In this document: piece after piece, positions 49,801 through 63,889 of the stretch
Position numbering within the stretch: position 1 is the stretch's first letter
How the letters are laid out: each line of letters begins with the position of its first letter
Assembly (NCBI GenBank): GCA_051362555.1
Contig: CM120643.1
Coordinates: forward strand, 18,666,848-18,730,847
From: Lingula anatina
Taxonomy: Eukaryota > Animalia > Brachiopoda
Length of the DNA: 64,000 nucleotides
Direction: 5' to 3'
The notes under the pieces: generated by a model
Seen by the model: only the letters and a program-made list of their open reading frames with translations
Databases searched by the model: none
What the model was told of the DNA's origin: nothing
Position numbers and translations under genes: made by a program

Positions 49801-52800
49801 ATGCTCTGTGGTTGCTTCTGCTTGACTGTGCTCCGAGTTGGTTGTATTTTGTGCAAAGTCTTCGGAAGAATCTGTCCCCGCTTCTGAGAGACCCCTCTCA
49901 TCAAAGGGATTGGCCTCTTTAAGAACAAAGATATATTGTTAAGTTACACATTACTAGCATTTAAAAAAGTGCTAAACAAGCATGACTTACCCTAATTTTG
50001 ATATTTTTTGTACCTTTGTTTTAGAAAATGGGAAAGTGCATTGAGTATTGGCAAGTGGGAGAAATTTACAACTAAACCCAGGAAAAAAACCTATATGCCT
50101 TTCTTATGCCTTAAAATCACCAGCATTATGGATTTGAAAAAAAAAAATCCTTAACAAACTTATAAATCAATTTTGAGTAACCTTATCCTATATTCTAATG
50201 CAACTCCTTAAATAAGCTGTTTTAGAAATGTGGAAAAAAAAAAAAAAAAAAAAAATTAAGACCTAGTGAAGTAAAGAATTATATCCACAGATCTAATAAC
50301 TTGTCTTGTTGAGAATCCATCTTATTTCTCAAAACACTTGCACAAAGTATTTTATAACATCATCTTATAAGTAATAATTTAAATAAAATAACCCCATAAG
50401 AATTCAAAAAATCCCCTTAAATCGAGTTTTGAAACATAAATAATTATTATACATACAGAAAAATCAGCAGAAAAGTAGTTTATAGCTACACAGTATATAA
50501 AAAGAATAAAATTAGTAAAAATAATCCACAAAAGAAAAATAGTAACATACCTTGCAGTCCATTAATACTGTCACTTTCATATCCCACATATTCACTGTCT
50601 GTGAAGTCCATCAGGTCTTTGGCCGTGAAACGTTGCGCTAATCTCTCTAATCTACTGTCTTGTGTCTTCCTGAGTTCCCTAACATTTCTTTCAGTATGCG
50701 TTATCTTTTCTTCAGGAGCACCAATGCCAATTTCCCCCTCGGCTGCTTCGATGAGTGACAAGGTGCTACCCTCATGCTTCAACATCTGATGAGTTTTCCT
50801 GTCCTGCTCTTTGAACATTTCTGCAAATTTCTTTTGCTGTGCAACATATTCCCTCCAATTGCCCATTCGGATGGTCCTTGTGACATCTGGGTGTTCATCC
50901 TCTATGGCACATTTTCCATCTTCCCTGGTCTTACACGCAAGGATTTTTTGTATCATGTCATCTCTTCTTATGCCATTTTTGTCAAATTTGAAATTATCTA
51001 AACTTCCTGGGGTTGTAACAGTTTCTACACCCTTTTCTGCATCAGGTGTGATACGCTTGAGAAATTCTTCTTCCGTTATGTTTTCTAGTTGGAAGTATGT
51101 CTCAACTTCCTTGCGCGCAATGTCAAAGAGATTGTCCGAAGATTTTTCATGTTGTAGGTTGTCTTTTATGAAATAGATAGGAGGAACTTTGTGGGTTATA
51201 TTCCTCTCAGCAAGGAGGCCTCTGTAAAATAAAATGCCATAAACTAAAATCACATTCGTATTTTACATCAACAGACTAAGCATGATAAACATTCAAGTCA
51301 TGAATTAAAAGAAAGGGAGCTTGCAATAGGGTCATTGACATGTACAAACTGATGCTGCCTAAAGTGGTTCAAAATAAAGAAACTTAGAACATTTTGAATG
51401 CATCTTGTTGAGACTGATAGTAAAAGACATCAAAATATCAGATTTCCTGTGGAAAAAGTAGGGAGAGCATTTAAAAATTTTAAAAGTATACAGTGGTATG
51501 GTAAATAATTATTAAACAAACTGAAGCAGTATTTTTTTTACCTTAAATGCCTATTATGTTGGGTAAGCTTTTCTTGTAGAACATTATCCCTTTCAGTACC
51601 TGTTGCAACCCAATGAACTTTCATAGCGCTAAACTCAATGGGGATGTCAACCTGTTGATCAAATAGAAACAGGTTAAAATTCACACTCACACTACTTAAA
51701 AAAAAAAAAAAAAACTTTGTAAAGTATTAAAACATATATTAGCCTTGTTGGCTCTCAGACTGAACAGTCAACAAAACTGTTATTGCTGGTCTTATAATAT
51801 TAAAAGAAATAAGACTTGAAGAGAACAGATTAAAAAAAAAAAATGGCAGGGGACAAAATATTATTTTCTGTCAAAAGGTTCAATCTTTAGCATTCAGTTT
51901 GAAGAGATGGATATAAAGCTTTATAGCCCCAATTTTATGTAGGAGAATCATGAGAATTACTTGAAGAGGCCATTCGATTTTGGTTGGTACATACAATATG
52001 GCCTTATGGGCAGAAGTCATACCTGGAGCAAGTTTTGGTTACTTTGGTTGCTTTGCATAAAAGTTGTCCATTTTTAATATTATCTCATGAAAAAATTATA
52101 AATTTCTTGAACACATTACTTCTTTGGGATTTCCCTGTTTTTTTTTTGTTTTTTTTTTGTGATTGCTGCCCTCAGGTCAACAATCATTTGAGGGTTGTTC
52201 TGGTGATAATTGTACTTGAGGTGCCCCAAACAGATAAAAATCTGGGGGTGGGTTCAAGTCTGGTGAATGCAGTGCCCACTCAATGTTACAATTTCCGCTG
52301 ATCAGTCACTAATAAAATCTCTCTCTCAGCCAGGCTGTGGAGTCATTTGATGTGTGGTACCACTTTCCATCTTGATCTATCCCTCTGAATCCTCCCAGTG
52401 ATGTCCAAAACTTCCTCAGTACTGCCACATTGTGATTTCAGGAGAGACTGATTGGTACGAAATGTGATGTTGAGTGAGCATGGAATTCACCAAACTTGAC
52501 CCCCCCTCCCTAATTTTTTTCTGTGGGTATATCTCAGAGATAAAGTGCACCAGAACAACCCTCAAACAATTGGTGAACTGAAGGTTACAATCACAGCCAA
52601 TATCAGGGCAATCCCCAAAGAGGAATGTGTTTGATTAATTGGCAGTTTTTTTAGAGACACTGGATTTAATAAAATTTTCATGGGTTTTGTTTTTTGGGTC
52701 ACCCTGTAACATGCAATTAATAAGTGCAGCACCTTCACAGCTATTATCAACTGTGGCTGGTTTCCACTCAATGATACTTAGTTCTGAGGCAAGGTTTAAG

Positions 52801-55316
52801 AGTGGGTGAGGGTGGGTGGATCTCTTGTCTGACAAGATTAGAGAAAAATCTCCCACCCTGACATTTTCAAAATTGATAGAATTTCTCCTATAGGACATCC
52901 TATAAGAAATTTTAGTAAAGGTAGTTCAGACCCTGACTCATTGTGCCTAACCTTAGCAATGTGCACATCTTCCAATTCGTCCCCAAGCTGTCCACTGTTG
53001 ATGATATCAGAGATGTGAGCATGCATGTTGGCTGCTGCCTTGAGAGCTTTCTGTTTTGCTTGTTCGGTGGAGGAACTTCTGGTGTTCATGTTTTCCATAA
53101 GAGACTTGCTCTGGAAATACAAAATAAAAAGTGATGTGAGGGGTGAAGAAGAATATGTCCTTCATCAAAAGGCTACACCTGCTTGTGAAGCAGGTGAAAA
53201 TAAAGATAACTTTGAATTAGATTGCAAGTATATGACTTCCTATTGCAAAGTTCAGTTCATGGTGGAAAGTGGGCAAAAGGTCAATTTTAAGGTCACAGTT
53301 AGATAGCCAGTATATGACTTCCTATTCAGGTTCAATAGTAACTATGGGTGTATCTCTGCCAGTTTTGGAGATATAAGGGAAAGAAAATTTGCAAAGTTCA
53401 GGGGATGATGAAAAATAGGCCAAAGGTCAATTATAAGGTCACAGTTAGATTGCCAGTACATGACTGCCTATTCAAGTTCAAAAGTAACTATGGGCCTATC
53501 TCTGCTAATTTTGGAGTTAGGTCACATTTTATTTTCGCCACTTAATATTGCGACATTGTACTATTTGATATAGCGAAACTTGTAAACCCTATGGAAAACA
53601 AACAAACAAACAAACAAAAAAAAAAAAAAAAATGGACACACCTCCAGTGTTGTGCATGACAAGCTCTATGTGGTTTCTAGCATTAACAGTTCCAGAATTA
53701 TAGAGTTTTCTGTTTCGACATCTAATGGCTGCTTTCCCCATGAAAATGCACTGATTGACCCCAAACTTATGAAGATGAAAGATGACCCTAAGTGTAACAC
53801 CTGTCCATAATATTATAGGTCTGGTCTGTGTAGTTTCTGAAAATCCGCACAACATAAAAGTTTTTTGCAAAAATGTCCTATTTAAGAAAATTTTGGCCCG
53901 TTTGACCTCGAATTAAAGGTCTAAGGTCAAATCCAAGGGCATATTTGAAATCTCCACATATGACTTTCATTCAGCCATCTGTAGAAATTTTTTTCCATAA
54001 TTCCTTCAGTTTGGGAGATATTAAAGTCATAATAACTCTTTGTTTTGGCCAAAAATACGATTTTCCTGGAAAAAACGGCAATTTTCCCGTACTTACCAAT
54101 GGTCAACGACCCCATTCCTGCATTCAAAGTTAATCCAGGGTTTTTTTCCTAACTGTACGGTTTTTTGTTAAAATCTCTTAAGAGATTTTAACTGACGGAG
54201 CCCTCTCGTATCGAGCGATAGTTTCTGGTGACCTACTTAAAACCGCGGGAAAAGCAGACAACAACAACACTATAGAACAATATTATAAGATTCATAAGAT
54301 ATGTTCGTCTTTTTGCTCAAAATGCATTTATATCTACAATGTGTGCAATTCTGGGCTTTTCGTTATCCGACGCACTGTACAAAAACTCGCAACTTACGTC
54401 TGAGGGTTTCCCGCCATGTTATTTTGGTCTCGAATGGACGCGAGAATCCGCGTGACACCTAAACGTCATTGGCAACGGATGCACTTGTCGACCGCCGAAA
54501 AAGGGATCGAAAGCCCAAGTGACAAGCACAGATTTTAGTTTTACTACAATAACAGTCGTTTTAGTGGGAAAATGCAATAGAATATATTTCCAGGCGTTGT
54601 TTACAATGTATTTCTTGCGGAATTTTGAATCTCAAAGGAAGAGTTATTATTGCTTTAAGCATTCAATTTTGCAAATTAGACCCTTGCACCAGCAAAGCCC
54701 AAAATTTACGTGGAATGAGTTGAGATTATATGTGACCCAAATCCAAGAGATGGGTACACAGGCTCTTGTAGTCTAGGAGAAGCGGCAATGGTGACATAGT
54801 GGCGGAGCCGATGGATATGGCAGACGAAACAGGTTGGGACTAAAACCATGTGTACCACCAGTGCCAATGCTGAGTGTGTTAACAAATTGATTTTGTTTGG
54901 AACTAAGATATTAGAAAATAAATTTATTTGGCATAGACCTGTACTTGAGTTAATTCTACCATTTTACAAAATGTGTTCAACTTGGTCATTATTCAAATAT
55001 ATTTTACCCTTATAAATAAAAATAAATCATATAGTAACTAATTATACAGACCATTTAAAGACTATTTAAGACACTTTTATTAAACTTACCATTTCAATCA
55101 CACTATACTTTATATACATCATAAGTCTTGCGACAATATGAATACTGATTAAATCTTGTAACCAACATAAATATAATAAAGAAAATAGTCTTAAATCAAC
55201 AACTATGCCACTTACTTTAGCTATGTGGTCAGGAAACCAGTTTTTATTCCTGAAAGAGATAAACGATGAATGTGAATTGGGAGCTTGATGATGTGACACA
55301 CACACGCATAATTTAT

Positions 55317-55376
<60 letters not shown>

Positions 55377-56848
55377 GCTATTATAAGACAGCTTTTTGAG
55401 GATTTGGTCATTTTTTTAAAGTCATCACACCTAGACTTTATGAAAGGTGTTGGACCATCTGACATGCACGACAAATTTCGTCACGTGACCTCCATACATG
55501 GCTACAAATACTGCTCTCAGGATACTTGAGTTTGAAGTTGATTTTAACATCATTTAAAGCCTCTATAGTAAAAAAAGTTTGAAATTTCAAATTGACTTTT
55601 TATTTTAATGTCTCATAATTCAGGGTTTTGTTATTATCACTATTGTTTGATTTTTAATTATGTGGTCAATATTGAAATTTTTTAGATATATTTTGTACAG
55701 ACACATACACACACATATAATAGCTGAATAAATTTATTATTTATGTTTAGCACCTTGTGCATTTATACTTCTTCACCCTAAAATATGAATGGGAATATTA
55801 TAATCAGTACTAGTATGTGTAAAAATTATCCTTAAAAAAAAAAAAAAAAAAAAAAAAAACCAAGATTCACAAATGTAAAACCAGAATTCACAAAACTTGC
55901 ATGTCATGGCACTGCCACCATCTATGTTTATAATCTGATTTTTATGTATTATAAACAGTACATGTAAAAAAATCATCCTGGCCCCATTCCACAAAGAATC
56001 TTAAATCTGCAGTTGACTAGCTGAAGCTGAGTGACCTAGCTAGGTCGACTATGCTGCATCATCTAGGAATGTTTCACAAAGAATCTCAAGTCCCAGCTCG
56101 GTGTGCTTACCGCATTTGACTGACACAAGAAACTCCTCTTCAAAAATGAGGTGTAAAAATACCTAAAGTTTCACTACACATGACATTTCATGGCCTCTTT
56201 CGACCAAGAACGAACAATAAAAATAAGTCAAAACAAAGTTTAATTTTGAGCTTGAAACAATTACAGAATGTAGTGTTTTAATACTGACCAGTATTCACGT
56301 TTACAAAAATATAATAGAGTTTTCTAATGACTTGTATCTATTACTTCTCGAGATACATTATTGCAGATGACGGAAAAGCCGTCACAACTAGTGCCATTCT
56401 TGGAGATGATAAAATGGTGTATACGAAAAAGGAGCCATGCGCATTAAGACTATGAAGTCAAGTCGGACTTTTGCAGAGTCCCCGCATATTTTTATGGCTC
56501 CAGGTTCTTTCTGAGCCTTTTTTTCTTCATTCAACAGAGGTGTTTTAGTCTGATTCTGGTAACTTCATACATCGGATTTACGAACGGAAGGATGTAGGCT
56601 GGAAAAATGAAGGTAGCTAAGTGTACACAGGCAAATCAACTAATTCACATTGCAACTTACTTTTTCTTACCCTTTACTGTTTTCTCGACCATCTTTACTG
56701 CTTTTTTCAGCATTGTGTTATTTTTCATTAGAACAATTGAGCAATGGAGCGGGCGAATTGTGTTACATTTACAAACAACACCATGTTGTGACGAAAGTTG
56801 GTAAAATCCACCTAAAATCCCTCTCCCTCGTGGTAAGGACGCAGCCAT
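46824..56848 (-). CDS. RBFA: Mitochondrial ribosome-binding factor A-like protein with long C-terminal extension (~853 aa); exons 56848-56661, 55249-55216, 53110-52952, 51651-51542, 51221-50551, 49916-48657, 46963-46824
   Basis: Presequence-like MAASLPRGRG...RPLHCSIVLMKN..LKK..KKKNKNWFPD and RBFA core HISDIINSGQLGDELEDVHIAKVDIPIEFSAMKVHW...HLRGLLAERNITHKVPPIYFIKD (cf. VPPIVFVQD of metazoan RBFA). All six introns are GT-AG and frame-preserving. The last two exons are less certain than the core. Confidence 0.85.
47151..47268. mobile_element. Small palindromic MITE in the last RBFA intron
   Basis: CGGTGTACCATGAAAATCTGACTCCCCC...GGGGGAGTCAGATTTTCATGTTACACCG, with internal repeats of the same motif. 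Confidence 0.8.
53225..53530. repeat. Two to three ~145-bp tandem units in an RBFA intron, probably part of a larger interspersed repeat extending to ~54240
   Basis: Recurrent tatgacttcctatt, aaaggtcaatt.taaggtcacagttagat and gtaactatggg..tatctctgc. Confidence 0.6.
55323..55374. repeat. (GT)n microsatellite
   Basis: Seen directly. Confidence 0.95.
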
Positions 56849-57141
56849 GTTTGTTTCGGGCTGCGGGCTTTTCTCCTCTTGAATGGACAAAATTATTCAA
56901 ACAAATCACTTTACATCACCAAAAATAAAATAATAATAAATAAACATTTTTTTCTAAACATACACCTAGTATTCATCACATATTTTGCCTAAATTTGCTT
57001 GTAAGGGCTTAAAGGATGAGAAAGAAACCAGAGGCATTAACTGCTTGCCTGTTATCCGCTCTCAACTTCCGGAGTCAACACGTCTGCTCAAGAAGTGACT
57101 CCTGTGCTCTTTTCGGTTTTCGTTTTGGATATTATTGAACC
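56849..57141. promoter_or_regulatory. Probable bidirectional promoter, RBFA / TCF25
   Basis: Divergent ATGs ~0.3 kb apart, with an ETS/GABP-like ACTTCCGG at ~57065. Confidence 0.6.
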
Positions 57142-57715
57142 ATGTCTACTAGGGCATTAAGAAAACTTCAAGGGGGGTCAGATATTGTGGTTCCAGAGAT
57201 AAGTGACGATGACAGTGGAAATGAAGAAATAAAACTGACGGCTAGTACTACGAAGAAAAAGAAGAAGAACAAGCCAGATGCCCCTGCAAATCCATTTGAT
57301 ATAGTGAGTTAAAGCATGGTGTACCATATAGCTACAAAATCTTTGAAAGTACCCTTTGTGTGTCAAACAGAAATTTCAAATATTAAAACTAGTTATAATT
57401 TTCTATCCAGATTGAGGTTACGTGTGTGTGTTGTATGTTAACACAATATTTATGCGTTAATTAGCATTCCTGTTTACGATTTTTCATTTGTACGCTGTGC
57501 TAATCCATGAAAGCAGAGGCCTCAAAAAGTGTAAAATGACCACCAGTTTGTGCACCCACTGCAATGCTGGGGCTCTCCAAATTTATCTTAATTACCTCTA
57601 ATCTCCAAAACTGGCAGTCCTGTGTGCTGACAAGTAATCCGGTCAATGGAGCTATGAGAAGGTTTGATGCATATGCTTGTCTACCAGCTCGTGCTATGTG
57701 TGCTGGCTTTTGTTT

Positions 57716-57756
<41 letters not shown>

Positions 57757-60700
57757 TTTTGGGGGGGGGCATCACTGATTTTAACCAAAAAGATGGTAAA
57801 TTTATGTAAGTCATGTTTTTAGTAATCTGTGCCCACCTTCAGTTAAATGCAGATGATGATGTGGATGATGAAAATAATGAAGACAAGGAAGGAGATGCTG
57901 TGGAAGCAAGCGATGCCCACTTACCAGTACTAGACAAAGACACCAAGGTCTCCATCCAGGAACAGACAAAGAAAAAAAAGAAGAAAAAAAAGAAAAAGAA
58001 GCAGCACGATCCAGATGATAATAAACATAAGGAGGAGGTAGAAAATGTAGTCCCAAGCTTTCTGATTATTTATTATTATTTAATTTTAAGAGGCACTGTA
58101 ACTATCAATGTCTTTATCAACTACTTGTAGTGTAAGTCAGTGTAAAAAACCTTAACGTCATAAGAGTAACTGGAAATTATAAGATACCCATTTGAGATAG
58201 TGTATGTACCATTTGAAAATCTAGTTATGAATTTTATGTTCAGAAATTGAATTAAAGAAAAAAATGTTAACACTTAATGGAACAAAGAGTATAGTTTTAA
58301 ACAATCATTAAGCACACATTAGCCACTTGTTAAATTATCTACAGAAGAGTGCATGTGATGCTTTTTGATCATTTAAAACAGATAATTGCCATTTATTTGT
58401 GTTGTCCAAAATAATTTATCATAAACCACTGTTTTGACACAGTTATTAATCGTACTTATATCAGAAGTCAGTGCTCAGGGTGTTGGAGGAATTTCTAAAA
58501 GCAAACTTATAATATGGGTGAAGAACTTCTTAATTTCCCAGATTGTTTCAGAGTTAATGTCAACTTGACAAGTGTCAGGAAAGGAGGATCAAATGCCATT
58601 CACCCAGGAAAATTCATTAAGTATTAGTTTTTCAAGGTAAAATCTTACATTGGGCACCTTCAGTATCTGTATGTTGGTAAACAATTTTTTTTTCATTTAT
58701 GAAACATTGCTAGGTGACAGATGAAGTAGAGGCCAGTGTCAGAGAAGTAAATGAAATCTTGGGAGAGTTGCCAGTTTCACAGCCTGGTGGTGACAACAGC
58801 CATGTTCACATGGACACAAGGGCCTTACTCACTGTTGAACACAGGTAGTGACTTCAAAACTTTGAATTAACGATAAAAATAATTGTAATAATTTTTAAAT
58901 GAACTTAGTTTTTTTTTAAACATTCTGTGATTTTTGGATTTGATTATGCAAAAAAAAGTAGAATCCTAGTTGTTTTCAACCTAGTATTAGTATAATGATC
59001 AAATATTATTTGATCATGAATTCTTTACTTGTTTGCTTTAAAAAGGGAAAAAGAAATGATTAACTGAGAGAATTTTTTTTACATATAATATATTATTATT
59101 GGTAAGAAAATTTACTAGTTTTGTTATTATATTAACTTAGAGTTGTTTTTTTATAATTTTTGTTTCAAAATTATTTAATTATTTGCAGAAATTTGAATTC
59201 TGAGAATGAAATGAGGAGAATATTTGGTTCTAGAGTGGTTCAAACAGAACAGAGGTACTTTCATGAATTGTTGCTATAATAATAACAGTATTATCATGAA
59301 ATTCAAGGTTTAAAGAATAGTTTAAAAGAACTTTTTTTTAAAGTTAAAATTAAAAAATTTAATTTTTGGTATCGCCCAAGCTCCTGGCATATATTTTTTG
59401 TGATTTGATTTCAAAATTTGAAATAAAAAAAAAATAATAATAATTAACTTATAATATTACAGTGCATTTGGATATATAACTAAAAGTAGAATTTAGGCAA
59501 AAAAGATTTTTAAAAATTGAGTAGTAAATAATAAATGATTAATAAATAAAGCTACAGAATATGTCAAATGTAAAAGAAAATACAAGAAGCATCTTGGCAT
59601 TGCAAGTTACAGTGCTTAATTTAAAATGCTTTGAGCAAAAATGTTCATTAGTTTAGTAGTTGGATCATAAATGAAAATTATCAAACACAAGCCGAAATAC
59701 TTTCATACTGTTAGCTGAGGGCCAACCATCAGACTGATGTGAGTGACGACTGACATAAGCTGATGGTATAAATTTATTTTGGCTTGTGTTTGATAATATT
59801 CATTTATTAAAATGCTTTGTTTAAAAGCTGTGTCATTAAATGTCATACCAGGAGACGTGGAGGGCGTGGCCAGAGAAGTTACCAGAGGTCTACTTGGCTT
59901 GCTCAACCCAGGGAGAACTGGCCCCCCATTGGCAAGATAGGTAAGCTGTCTGGACCTTTAACTTAGTTACTAATCACTGGTCACTTGGACTACAGCTGTA
60001 GTAGACACCCAGAAAATAAAGTATTTGATTCACTGGTCACTTGGACTACAGATGTAGCAGACACCCAGAAACTAAAGTATTTGATTCACTGGTCACTTGG
60101 ACTACAGATGTAGTAGACACCCAGAAACTAAAGTATTTGATTCACTGGTAGCTCTGACTGCAGCTTTAGTAGACATCCAGAAACTCATTAAGAGTATTTG
60201 ATTCACTGGTAACTCATATGAGAGTTCCACTTACATTATCTAATGGTATTTTTCTTCATTTTTGTTATACCCAGGTCTTTCTATGAGGCTGATAGAAACT
60301 AAAAATGGTTGCCAATACTTTACTTTTGATCACTCCAAAGAGTACCAGAGAATTCAGTTTCAATTCCTAGAAGCTGTAGAATCCTTTAACCCAGAAAATA
60401 TTGTGGTATGTGTCTTTTTGAAGGCTTTGTTTATTCATATATTATCATTCAAGCTTGTGAATATCAAAGCACATTGGTGTGCTATGGATAGTATCTTGCT
60501 AATTCATTAGTAAACACATTTAGATGTAACCCTTTTTTTTGAATTAGTTCTTTATTTTGTTCAGCTGCCTTGGCTTATAATACAGTATTAAATATGAAAA
60601 AATATTAATAAAGAATTGTATTTAACCAGGATAAAATGTTGAAGAATAGTTCATAAATGTAAGTAAAATGTACAAGTTATTTAATATATATTGCTTGAGA

Positions 60701-63700
60701 TGAAAATTTAAGTATTACACTTTTCAGTTTGACTAATTAGAATTACTGATATCTGACATTTTCTTAGTCCAAGTTGTAACATATTATGTATTTCCAGAGC
60801 GTGCTCAATCTTCAGCCCTACCACATAGACTCTCTACTACAACTCAGTGATGTGTGTAAGATGAGTGAAGATATGCAAATGGCAGCAGAATTATTGGGTA
60901 AAATATAAAGTAAAGCTCAAGTGCCATAAAGTAGCATGGATATGTTCTCGCTCTGAGAATATTTTTTTTTTATGTTTGAGAGTCACAAATTTTCAAAATT
61001 TGCAATTAAACCAAATCAGAGAGAAACTAACATCCTGAAGTAGAATTAAATGTTTGAGTTTGGCATAGATTGCTATTAATAAGAAGACTTCTCAATATAT
61101 GGTCTAAAAGGATTTTAAGTACAGTTTACTGACAATAAATGTTTCAGTACTTTGCTGACCCAAATAGGCTATCACTGAAAATGAGGGATGGTGTTGAAGC
61201 AATAACAATTTGTACAAGGAGCTAATTTATGAAAAGTCACAAATTGTTTGCAGTTAATACTGCAGTGCTCTTGTTCAGTGTTTTTACAACCAGACAGTGG
61301 AGTTGCAGTTTATTAAGTCATTGATTTGGTGATTGCAATCACTAATGCATGGTTCTAAGTTATACCACAATTATTGTTTGTGAGGCATGATGCTTGAATT
61401 GTATATATCAGTGAGAGACCTACTGTTGCTTAATGAAATGTGTTCTGCGTTCAGTTTCAGCTCACCTATTATATTCAGTAAACTCCTTGTAAAAAAATTC
61501 TTATCCCCCTCCTCATTTTAGTTCTTTTCCTGCAGACATGAAGAAGGATTGTAGCTAGTGAATCAATGGCTGGATTGATTGTAAGCTTTAAACCATGATT
61601 GAATTGTACTCATTTCAGAAAGAGCCCTTCTGTGTTGTGAGGTCAACTTCCACCCTTTGTTCAGTTTAACCCAGGGTAACTGCAGGTTGGACTACAGGCG
61701 GAATGAAAACAGGTGCCGTATATATTGTGAAATGCGGCCTTTTATGCATTTATGATTAAACAAGCACAAATTTTCTTCTGTTGAAAGAATAATTTAAATT
61801 CTTCTTTGTCTTCTGTTGAACATTTAAATTCACCGAGTTGAACTTTGAGCTGAAAGTTTCATTCTTGTATTTCAGAGGGTTTTACCTGGCTCTGTTCAGA
61901 CATTTACACTTTGTTGGAAAGAGGGGATGTTATAGAACAGCCTTGGAATTTTGTAAATTGTTACTAAGGTATGTGACCAAAATGGCAAGGCAAATTAAAA
62001 ATATGAAGTCCATGAAGCACTGAAATTGAATTAGTTGAAATATGACTAACAATTTGATTTAATTCTTGTGATGAATGTAACATGTAACATGCAGGCTACC
62101 AGTGTTATAGATGATATGTAGTGTGTTTTAACCTATATATTATATTTATTTTGAATCTTTTTTTTTTCTAATTCAGTATGGTTATGAAAATTTAAAAAAA
62201 GCGAGTATTAATATATATATATATATATATATAATTTTTTTTTCAGTCTAGATCCCGAAGGTGATCCATTGTGTGCATTGTTAATGATTGACTTCTATGC
62301 CCTAAGAGCAGAGCAGTTTACCTTGCTCATCAGAATGTACCAGGAATGGGAAGTAAGGCATTTTAATATTATAACTGGTGTATCAGTTCCATTCTTTTAA
62401 TTTTTTAGAGTGAAGAAACATCATGTACTTTATATTTCTGTGTTTGAGATAATTTATTTTCTGCTTCTTCCGAATGCAGCAAGTTCTATTGCAGGATTGA
62501 TGATATTTTGTATATATGACTTTATTAACTTCTTTTTGTAAGTTTATTCTGTAACAATAACCATCAACAATTCATTGTTTTTAATATCAACAAAGCACAA
62601 GATTAGAAATATGATCATATAACAGACTTTACGAAAGGCCAAAAAATCTGTCAGACATTCGGTCTGACAAGCTTGAAAATTCTGTCAGACCGAAACAAAA
62701 TCTGTCAGACCGAAGTAAAGTAATAGAAATATGAACCATTATTCATGTTTTCATGTGTATTTTCTAACGTTTTAAATCATTGACATTAAATCAAATATTA
62801 AATTTTTGATATATATTTATTTGTAAAAAAGTAAAATAAGAAAGAAAAAAAAAAATAGACAAAAAATTACTTGCATAACAAGTTGTTTTTTTAATTAATG
62901 AAAAAGATACTGTGGAATGACACAAGGACTAAAAACAATACAAGTATGAAGAATGTGTAGCTAGTAATATCAAATGTATGTCCATAAAAACGTCTGTTAA
63001 TCAGATAACCATTTCACACGTTGTTTTTGGCAATAACATATGCATTTGAAACAGCACAGTAAGGCAGTCTCTTTCATCCAATTGAAGCTTTGACAGGGAC
63101 TGTCCAGCCTGAGTCTTAAGTTCCTCCTTCATTTTATTTCTTTTTTTATAAAATATTTATGAAATATTTGTATATTGTTATTATATTAAAGTTTCATTGC
63201 ATCCTGGCTATTTTAGGCTCACAGGAATCTGTCTCAGTTGCCAAACTTTGCCTTCTCCATACCCTTGGCCATGTTTCACAATGCCAACCAAGAAGGAAAA
63301 GATACAGAGGAGGCTGATCAAATGGTGCAGTGCCTTTATACTTTTTCTTCTGCATAATTATCTAGATTTACAATGTCATTACAAAAAAAGAAAAAAAAAT
63401 GGCCCCTCATCAGACGTACTTCTGCTGGTCACTGATGGATCATGTAAAATGTCATGGTCTTGTGGAAGTTGTTATACATTTTGTCTGTGAAATGTATTTG
63501 CAGCATATATGCATGTATAATAGGGATGTTCTCAATACTGTTATAAGCTTTTTACTTGGCATTGTTTATAAATGTATACATTGTCATGTCGAAAAACAGA
63601 AAATAAACTTATATTTCAGTTACACTACTACGGTAATTCAACTATTATTCTAGATCTTATGCTGCTGCGGTAATTAAGCTATTATACTAGATCTTGTGCA

Positions 63701-63889
63701 AATAAGGAAAATTTCTATAATTTAGAATAACTTATGTATATATTAATTATCTCCTTAACCTTATCTACAGCTTCAAGACTCCCTCCTGATGTTTCCTGGC
63801 CTGTTGATTCCTCTCCTTGACAAGTGCAGTATAAACCCTGATGCTGAGGTGGCGGCCCATCACTTCTTTGGGACCAGCTGTCAGTTAAG
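57142..63889 (+). CDS. TCF25: TCF25 (Rqc1/Nulp1) ribosome quality-control factor, 3'-partial; exons 57142-57303, 57843-58037, 58714-58844, 59189-59254, 59852-59940, 60275-60405, 60798-60897, 61619-61712, 61876-61968, 62247-62352, 63217-63324, 63771-63889
   Basis: [123 protein letters not shown] and LLMFPG are TCF25 hallmarks. Confidence 0.95.
57718..57753. repeat. (GT)n microsatellite
   Basis: Seen directly. Confidence 0.95.
59974..60212 (+). repeat. 56-bp tandem repeat, ~4 copies, in a TCF25 intron
   Basis: Unit tcactggtcacttggactacagatgtagtagacacccagaaactaaagtatttgat. Confidence 0.9.

Noticed and set aside
59974-60212. Regular repeats resembling a CRISPR array
   Set aside because: Head-to-tail 56-bp units with no unique spacers, in a eukaryotic intron, with no cas genes.
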